Shown: piece by piece, positions 58,544-64,000 of the stretch
Position numbering within the stretch: the first letter of the stretch is position 1
How the letters are laid out: each line of letters opens with the position of its first letter
Assembly: GCA_008015835.1 (NCBI GenBank)
Contig: SSGH01000008.1
Location: 69,165 to 133,164 of the forward strand
DNA from: Lysobacter sp.
GTDB lineage: Bacteria; Pseudomonadota; Gammaproteobacteria; Xanthomonadales; Xanthomonadaceae
Direction of reading: 5' to 3'
Length of the DNA stretch: 64,000 nt
Made by a program: the position numbers and the translations under genes
Notes under the pieces: generated by a model
The model's input: the letters and a program-made list of their open reading frames with translations, nothing else
The model's database searches: none
What the model was told of the DNA's origin: nothing

Positions 58544-59530
58544 ATGATCATCCCGCAGCATTGGGCCGAAGCCAGATTGCAGCACCGCGAACGCGGGCGG
58601 CAGATCACGATTCGCCGGTTCGGTTGGTCCGACGACAGCCTCGACGCCGCGCAGGCGCACGCCGAAACCCGCGCGCGCGAGGCGATGGCGCGCGCATTGG
58701 CGGGCGAAACGCTTCCGCGTCGCGAACGCCGGGCGGCCTACAACGGCAGCGAGGGCGTGCCGATTCGCGAGGAGATCGTCGAGCGCGACGGCGAAACGGT
58801 GATCACGCGCAACGGTTATGGCGCGCTGTGTCTGAATACCCCGAACGTGTTCTTCGCCGACATCGATTTCGACGAGAAACCCGGGTGCCGCGCCGTGCTG
58901 ATCGCGACGCTGCTGGTGGGCGTCGCGGTCGCCGTCGCGATGCGGGTCGCGCTCGATCTGAGCCTCGTGCGCGCGATCGTGATCGGCGTCGCCGCCGCGG
59001 TCCTGCTCGGCTACGGCGCCGTCGGCGCTTGGCGGCGCGCGATCTCCGCGCTGCAGGGCGGACAAGAGGGCCGCGTGCGCAAGCGCGTCGCGCGGTTCGT
59101 TGCGCAGAACCCGAGTTGGCGTTTGCGCCTGTATCGCACGCCGGCGGGCATGCGCCTGCTGGCGTTGCATCGCACTTTCGATCCGCGCGAAGCCGAGGTG
59201 ACGCGCGCGTTCGACGACTTGGGCGTCGATCCCACCTATGCGCGTATGTGCCGCAACCAAAATTGCTTTCGCGCGCGCGTCACGCCGAAACCGTGGCGCC
59301 TGGGCATGCCGCGTCTGCATTCGCCGTATTCCGCGGTGTGGCAGAGCGCCCATCGCGACTTGCCCGGGCGGCGGGAGTGGATAGAGACCTACGGACGCGA
59401 GTCCGAGGGCTATGCCGCGTGTCGATACTTGGAAACCTTCGGTGCCGGTGCGGTGGATGCGGCCGCCGATCATGTGCGCGAGCTGCACGATCTGATGTGC
59501 TCGGCCGAGCGCGAATTGCCTCTGGCCTGA
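58544..59530 (+). CDS. Conserved hypothetical two-TM protein
   Basis: FFADIDF, two TM helices, RLYRTPAGMR, CFRARVTPKPWR. Confidence 0.8.
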   Translation: MIIPQHWAEARLQHRERGRQITIRRFGWSDDSLDAAQAHAETRAREAMARALAGETLPRRERRAAYNGSEGVPIREEIVERDGETVITRNGYGALCLNTPNVFFADIDFDEKPGCRAVLIATLLVGVAVAVAMRVALDLSLVRAIVIGVAAAVLLGYGAVGAWRRAISALQGGQEGRVRKRVARFVAQNPSWRLRLYRTPAGMRLLALHRTFDPREAEVTRAFDDLGVDPTYARMCRNQNCFRARVTPKPWRLGMPRLHSPYSAVWQSAHRDLPGRREWIETYGRESEGYAACRYLETFGAGAVDAAADHVRELHDLMCSAERELPLA

Positions 59531-59653
59531 CCCCGCCGAAACGTCGGCGGCCCACTCCTCACCGGGTTCCGAGCCTCGATTCCCATCCGCCGTTCGTCGG
59601 CAAAGGTCTAAAGTCGCTTGCCATCAATTCCGTATTTCTGGAAATATAGAATC

Positions 59654-59974
59654 ATGGATCACATCGCGACCATCGCCGCGCTCAAGGCGCTCAGTCAGGA
59701 GCATCGTCTCGCCGCGTTCCGCGCCCTCGTCGCCGCGGGCGAGGGTGGGTTGGCGGTCGGCGAACTGCGCGAGAGGGTCGGCGTGCCGGCCGCCACGCTC
59801 ACCGCGCATCTGAACGTGCTGCGCAATGCGGGCTTGGTGCTGGATCGCCGCGAAGGCCGTTCGATTCGGGTCCGCGCCGACTACGCGCGCATGACCGCGT
59901 TGCTGGCCTATCTCACCGAAAACTGCTGCGCCGGCGCCGCAGGCGCCTGCGCGACGCCCACCGACTGCTGCTGA
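59654..59974 (+). CDS. arsR: ArsR/SmtB family repressor
   Basis: ALSQEHRLAAFRAL, HLNVL..AGLV..RREGR, C-terminal ENCC...TDCC. Confidence 0.88.
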   Translation: MDHIATIAALKALSQEHRLAAFRALVAAGEGGLAVGELRERVGVPAATLTAHLNVLRNAGLVLDRREGRSIRVRADYARMTALLAYLTENCCAGAAGACATPTDCC

Positions 59975-59999
59975 GCGGTCGCCGACCGAGGAATCCCCG

Positions 60000-60602
60000 A
60001 TGAAGCGTTTCCATGTGCACGTCTCCGTCCGCGATTTGGACGAAAGCGTTCGTTTCTATTCCGCGCTATTCGCCGAGCGGCCCACGGTGCACGAAGCGGA
60101 GTACGCGAAGTGGATGCTGGACGACCCGCGCGTGAATTTCGCGATCTCCACGCGCAGCGGTGCGCCGGGCGTCGATCATCTCGGAATTCAGGCGGAAAAC
60201 GCCGACGAATTGGCGGAGCTCGGCGCGCGCTTGGATGCGGCGGGTCAAGCGGTGGTGCCCGAAGCGGGCGCGGAATGCTGCCACGCGCGTTCCGACAAGT
60301 TCTGGACGCAAGACCCGCAAGGGACGCGTTGGGAAACCTTCCACACCGTCGGCCGCATCGCGACGTACCACGGCGCGAGCGGCGCCTGCGAGATGAGCTC
60401 CGCGCGCGCGGCGGATTTGAATGCGCTCGCCGCCGATGCGGGCGGATCGAAGACCGACGTGTGCTGCGACGAGACGACGCCGCAGGGTGTGTGCTGCGCG
60501 CCGAAAACCGACCGTGCCGCCGATGCGTCGTGCTGCGGCCCTGTCGTCGCGGTGGCGAAAAACGTCGGGTGCGCGCTGTCCGGCTGCGGCGACGGTCGAT
60601 AA
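60000..60602 (+). CDS. arsI: ArsI/CadI family VOC enzyme with a Cys-rich tail
   Basis: MKRFHVHV, YAKWMLDDPRVNFAIS, DHLGIQ, ECCHARSDKFW.QDPQG..WETF. Confidence 0.85.
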   Translation: MKRFHVHVSVRDLDESVRFYSALFAERPTVHEAEYAKWMLDDPRVNFAISTRSGAPGVDHLGIQAENADELAELGARLDAAGQAVVPEAGAECCHARSDKFWTQDPQGTRWETFHTVGRIATYHGASGACEMSSARAADLNALAADAGGSKTDVCCDETTPQGVCCAPKTDRAADASCCGPVVAVAKNVGCALSGCGDGR

Positions 60603-60666
60603 CGCAACGCTTCGCCGCCTACCGACTCGTCAGAAACGAACATCGACAATATCGAGGACATCCTCC

Positions 60667-61206
60667 ATGAGCGAAAACTCCGGCATCGCGCGCCCCTACC
60701 ACGTGTTGGTGCTGTGCACCGGCAATTCCGCCCGCAGCGTGATGGGCGAAGCGCTGTTCAACGTGCTGGGCAAAGGTCGCTTCGTCGCCTACAGCGCCGG
60801 CAGCCGGCCGAGCGGCGCGATCCAGCCGATGGCGGCGGAATTAGCCGCCGAGTTGGGTTACGACGTCTCGAAGCTGCGCAGCAAATCGTGGGACGAATTC
60901 GAGCGGCCCGATGCGCCGACGATGGATATCGTGATCACCGTCTGCGACAACGCCGCGGGCGAAGCGTGCCCGGTGTGGTTGGGCTCGCCGATGACCGCGC
61001 ATTGGGGCGTGGACGATCCGGCGGCGGTCGTCGGCGACGAATCCACCCGTCGCCACGCCTACATGAAGGCCTTCTCCGAATTGCGCCGCCGCGTGGAACT
61101 CTTGCTCGCGCTGCCGGTGGAAAAACTGGATCGTTTGGTCGTGCAGCGGCATCTGCGCGATATCGGCGAGCGCGCAGCCGCCGACGCATCGGCGCACGAC
61201 GCATGA
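60667..61206 (+). CDS. arsC: Arsenate reductase (LMW-PTP fold)
   Basis: LCTGNSARS, SKSWDEF, VITVCDNAAGEACPVW, HWGVDDPA. Confidence 0.9.
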   Translation: MSENSGIARPYHVLVLCTGNSARSVMGEALFNVLGKGRFVAYSAGSRPSGAIQPMAAELAAELGYDVSKLRSKSWDEFERPDAPTMDIVITVCDNAAGEACPVWLGSPMTAHWGVDDPAAVVGDESTRRHAYMKAFSELRRRVELLLALPVEKLDRLVVQRHLRDIGERAAADASAHDA

Positions 61207-61904
61207 CGCGCACGGATTCGATGTTCGGACGCGCGGCGTCGCGCGCGCTGGTCGCGGAATTCGTGGGCACCGCCGCGTTGCTCGCCATCGTGGTCGGCAG
61301 CGGCATCATGGGCGAGCGTTTGGCGCAGGGAAATACGGCGGTTGCGCTGTTGGCGAACGCCGCGGCCACCGCCGGAGGGCTGTATGTCTTGATCGTCGCG
61401 TTCGGCCCGCTGTCGGGCGCGCATTTCAATCCGGCGGTGACCGCGGCGATGCGGCTGCGCGGCGAACGTTTGCCCGCGCCGCTGTTCGCGTACGTCGGCG
61501 TGCAGGCGATCGCCGCGATCGCCGGCGTCGCCATCGCGCATGCGATGTTCGGCGAAGCCTTGTGGCAACCGGGCGACCAGGCGCGCACCGGCGCGGCGCA
61601 ATGGTTCAGCGAGGCGGTCGCCACGTTCGGGCTGTTGACGATGATTCTGTTCGGCGCGCGGCATCGGCCGCAGGCGGTGCCGGCCTTGGTCGCGGCCTAT
61701 ATTTTCGCGGCCTATTGGTTCACCGCCAGCACCTCATTCGCCAATCCTGCGGTGACTTTGGCGCGCGCGTTCACCCAAACGTTCGCCGGGATTCGTTTTG
61801 CCGACGTTGGCGGTTTCGTGCTGGCCCAGTGCGCAGGCGCGGGCGCGGCGTTGGCGCTGGCGCGGCTGACGCTCGACGCGAACCCGCGCGAGACGGGCGC
61901 CTGA
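61203..61904 (+). CDS. MIP/aquaporin family channel (AqpS-like)
   Basis: AEFVGTA, HFNPAVT, SFANPAVT; ATGA overlap with arsC. Confidence 0.9.
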   Translation: MTRTDSMFGRAASRALVAEFVGTAALLAIVVGSGIMGERLAQGNTAVALLANAAATAGGLYVLIVAFGPLSGAHFNPAVTAAMRLRGERLPAPLFAYVGVQAIAAIAGVAIAHAMFGEALWQPGDQARTGAAQWFSEAVATFGLLTMILFGARHRPQAVPALVAAYIFAAYWFTASTSFANPAVTLARAFTQTFAGIRFADVGGFVLAQCAGAGAALALARLTLDANPRETGA

Positions 61905-62212
61905 TCGAACGCCGGTAGTGCCTAAGTTTGAAATCCGACCTTGGGGTGGCTTGGCCAGGTTCGGCACTGGGTAACGTCTCACTAGTAAGACTGTGACTTA
62001 CTGCACGCATCGCAGGATTTGATACGTATTATGATTATTATCAATGACTTATGCGCTTCTAGTGCAGATGAACAGTGTTAAGCCTTGACACCAGCGGTAG
62101 TTGTGATAAGCGCAGTTATTGGCTAATCTATTGTCCGTAACCGGTAACGCGGCCAGCCGCAAAACCAAAGTGGCCGCCCTTGGGGCGGCTTTGTCGTCAA
62201 CAGGGGTTATGG

Positions 62213-62557
62213 ATGAGCAGCAAAAAAACGGAGCAAGATCTGATCCCTCATATTTGGGATTTGGTAATTGGAGTTGTAAACAAGTTGATTGAAACCCATG
62301 ATCTTTATGGGTTCGGAAAATTCCAGGAGGGGATGAACCCGCGCCTTGATGTTGTTGTCAAAACTTTCAATGTGGTCGATGCGATGCTGAAGACCTTGGC
62401 CGAGAGTGGACAACTAGACCCGGACGAGTACAGGCAAGTTATCAATAGCCGACAATGCATTTATCACACGAAACGTTTGGCATTGGCGCTGGATTCCGAC
62501 GACCAAGACGAATATGACAACTTGATTTCCCTGCTTTCAAAGCAGGCACCAGTGTAA
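62213..62557 (+). CDS. Orphan 114-aa acidic helical protein
   Basis: ATG at 62213 after CAGGGG; MSSKKTEQDL...SKQAPV. Confidence 0.7.
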   Translation: MSSKKTEQDLIPHIWDLVIGVVNKLIETHDLYGFGKFQEGMNPRLDVVVKTFNVVDAMLKTLAESGQLDPDEYRQVINSRQCIYHTKRLALALDSDDQDEYDNLISLLSKQAPV

Positions 62558-62581
62558 TGAGACAGAGATAAAGGGGCCGAT

Positions 62582-62758
62582 ATGAACACCACCGCCATTA
62601 ATTTTGACTTGTACGCCATGACGAATCCGAAAAACCGTCAGGACGCGATGCTATTGGCTCGGGAAATCATCGACCAGCTTGAGTTCATCCACGAATGCAT
62701 CGATGCCGCAATTGCATATTGCGAGGAAAAAACTCGCTCGGGCTTGTGCTCTGCGTAA
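62582..62758 (+). CDS. Unannotated 58-aa orphan (MNTTAINFDL...GLCSA)
   Basis: AAGGGG RBS; 24 nt after the previous stop; ends just before a terminator; below the ORF-track cutoff. Confidence 0.6.
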   Translation: MNTTAINFDLYAMTNPKNRQDAMLLAREIIDQLEFIHECIDAAIAYCEEKTRSGLCSA

Positions 62759-62779
62759 CGGAATACTTCATTCTGCGTG

Positions 62780-62809
62780 AAAAAACCCCGCAATAGCGGG
62801 GTTTTTTTT
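62780..62809. terminator. Bidirectional rho-independent terminator
   Basis: AAAAAACCCCGC-AATA-GCGGGGTTTTTTTT. Confidence 0.9.
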
Positions 62810-62853
62810 GTGCGGCGCGCGAGGCTGAGCGCTCAACAAAGGCCAATTTCAAA

Positions 62854-63096
62854 CTAAGGCACTACCCGGACGCCGACCACATCGATCATCGTGCGTTCGC
62901 CGGGACCGTCCAGCGTGACGCGCTGTCCCGCGCGGATTTTGCAGGTTTTGCGCGACTCCACCGCGCCGTCGACGCGCACCGCGCCGCTGGCGACCAAATG
63001 TTTGCCGGCGCCGCCGCTATCGCACAGGCCGCTGAGCTTCAGCAGTTGATGCAGTTCGACGTAGTCGCGGTCGAGTTCGAAACGCAGATGCGGCAT
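62854..63096 (-). CDS. RNA-binding S4 domain protein (YbcJ-like)
   Basis: YVELHQLLKLSGLCDSGGAGK, VRVDGAVESRKTCKIRAG. Confidence 0.9.
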   Translation of the reverse strand: MPHLRFELDRDYVELHQLLKLSGLCDSGGAGKHLVASGAVRVDGAVESRKTCKIRAGQRVTLDGPGERTMIDVVGVRVVP

Positions 63097-63152
63097 GAGC
63101 GTACGTGCGAGCGCCCGGTGGGCTTCGGGCGTAGCATAGCCGCCCGAGCCTC

Positions 63153-63173
63153 TGCTGACACTTGCTGTCAGCA
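63153..63173. promoter_or_regulatory. Palindromic operator-like site TGCTGAC-N7-GTCAGCA (copy 1)
   Basis: TGCTGACACTTGCTGTCAGCA, 40 nt upstream of VOC gene 1. Confidence 0.6.
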
Positions 63174-63213
63174 TCCTCGGCGCAGACTGTCGCTTCCCAA
63201 CCGGAGACCTCCC

Positions 63214-63588
63214 ATGCTCGCTTACGCCACGCTCGGTACCGCAGACCTCGCTCGCGCCGCCGCCTTCTACGATGTCGTTCTCGCCGAACTCGGCGCCAAA
63301 CGCTTCATGGAAGAGCCCGATTACTTCATCGCTTGGGGCAACAGCCAAGACGGCGCGGGCCTCGCCATCACCTATCCGTTCAATAAAGAGAAAGCGACCG
63401 TCGGCAACGGCACGATGGTGGCGTTGAACGCGACCAGTCGCGAGCAGGTCGATCGCGTCTACGCGAAAGCGCTGGAACTCGGCGGTACCGACGAAGGCGC
63501 GCCGGGACAACGCTCGCCCGGTTTCTACGCGGCGTACTTCCGCGATCTCGACGGCAACAAGCTCAACTGCTGCTACATGGGCGAATAA
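63214..63588 (+). CDS. VOC/glyoxalase family protein
   Basis: YATLGTADL.RA.AFYD, GNGTMVAL, DEGAPG.R, AAYFRDLDGNKL. Confidence 0.9.
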   Translation: MLAYATLGTADLARAAAFYDVVLAELGAKRFMEEPDYFIAWGNSQDGAGLAITYPFNKEKATVGNGTMVALNATSREQVDRVYAKALELGGTDEGAPGQRSPGFYAAYFRDLDGNKLNCCYMGE

Positions 63589-63605
63589 GGCGACGCGCGT
63601 ATCGC

Positions 63606-63626
63606 TGCTGACGCGTTCCGTCAGCA
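63606..63626. promoter_or_regulatory. Palindromic operator-like site TGCTGAC-N7-GTCAGCA (copy 2)
   Basis: TGCTGACGCGTTCCGTCAGCA, 51 nt upstream of VOC gene 2. Confidence 0.6.
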
Positions 63627-63677
63627 GCGGTAGCGCAAGCTGCGGCTTCCTTCACCGCTCAACCGAACGAGGTCGCC

Positions 63678-64000
63678 ATGCGTCATGCTCATCGAAACGC
63701 TTTGAATTGGTTCGAAATCCCCGTCGCCGACATGGATCGCGCGCAACGTTTCTACGAAACCGTTGTCGATGCGCCGCTGCGACGCGAAGCGATGGGGCCG
63801 GCGGCGACGCTCGCCGTGTTCCCTTACGACCCGGCGGGCGTCGGCGGTTGTTTGTTCGCCGCCGAAGGCAGCCGCCCCAGCGCCGATGGCGCCGTCCTGT
63901 ATCTCAACGCGGGCGAATCGCTCGATGCCGCATTGGAACGCGTGCGTGCGGCCGGCGGACGTATCGTGCTGCCGCGTACCGAATTGCCCGAAGGCATGGG
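63678..64000 (+). CDS. VOC family protein, 3' truncated by window edge
   Basis: LNWFEIPVADMDRAQRFYE, VLYLNA...LDAAL.RV.AAGG.IVLP.T. Confidence 0.88.
   Translation, partial: MRHAHRNALNWFEIPVADMDRAQRFYETVVDAPLRREAMGPAATLAVFPYDPAGVGGCLFAAEGSRPSADGAVLYLNAGESLDAALERVRAAGGRIVLPRTELPEGM

Larger units (their letters stand above)
61910..62853. other. Low-GC islet (probable horizontal acquisition)
   Basis: Abrupt switch to AT-rich sequence and non-host codon usage between the aquaporin stop and the S4 gene stop. Confidence 0.8.

Noticed and set aside
61915-61972. att site or REP end at the left edge of the low-GC islet (GTAGTGCC...GGCACT)
   Set aside because: Only a 6-bp inverted match and no matching direct repeat at the right edge; too weak to call.
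62029-62043. Fur-box-like TTATGAT-T-ATTATCA (12/14 match to the 7-1-7 consensus)
   Set aside because: It lies in very AT-rich sequence where chance matches are likely, and the downstream genes have no iron link.
62085-62113. Canonical sigma70 promoter from TTGACA
   Set aside because: The best -10-like hexamer (GATAAG) is only 14 nt away, so the spacing is not canonical. Not called as a feature.
1-64000. Prophage, IS, integron, tRNA or rRNA
   Set aside because: No integrase, transposase, phage structural gene, attC array or RNA-gene signature was recognised.

Overview
GC-rich chromosomal window that looks like Xanthomonadaceae/Lysobacteraceae, judged from gene content, the rsmE-bioA/nudE-cysQ-mazG and dgkA-TPM-lgt-thyA-folA synteny, and the repeat types. 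It has about 70 CDS. I found no rRNA, tRNA, CRISPR array, integrase or transposase. Core blocks are: the tail of a Pil-Chp chemosensory operon (chpB/chpC-like), rsmE, bioA, nudE, cysQ, mazG, a MacAB-like exporter, an OmpR/EnvZ-type two-component pair, dgkA, terC, TPM, lgt, thyA, folA, deaD and a desaturase. Accessory content includes secreted hydrolases (DNase I-like, M14 carboxypeptidase-PKD-P domain, a three-domain peptidoglycan hydrolase, S9 peptidase), an arsR-arsI-arsC-aquaporin arsenic operon and a ~0.9 kb low-GC islet with two orphan ORFs. The strongest candidate for an undescribed system is at 12184-18429 (-). It is a copper-scavenging-type operon headed by a CruR/DUF2946 leader (CxxC + RGPP). 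It contains an internally deleted TonB receptor, a Tat-exported isonitrile-hydratase-like DJ-1 protein with a His/Met linker, an unannotated 44-aa membrane peptide, PCuAC, an intact TonB receptor and a PepSY-TM protein. My hypothesis is that it strips Cu from isonitrile chalkophores in the periplasm. The second candidate is the DUF2589-like cluster at 46398-48448, next to a leaderless peptidoglycan hydrolase. All family assignments come from motif recognition by eye; no database searches were run.
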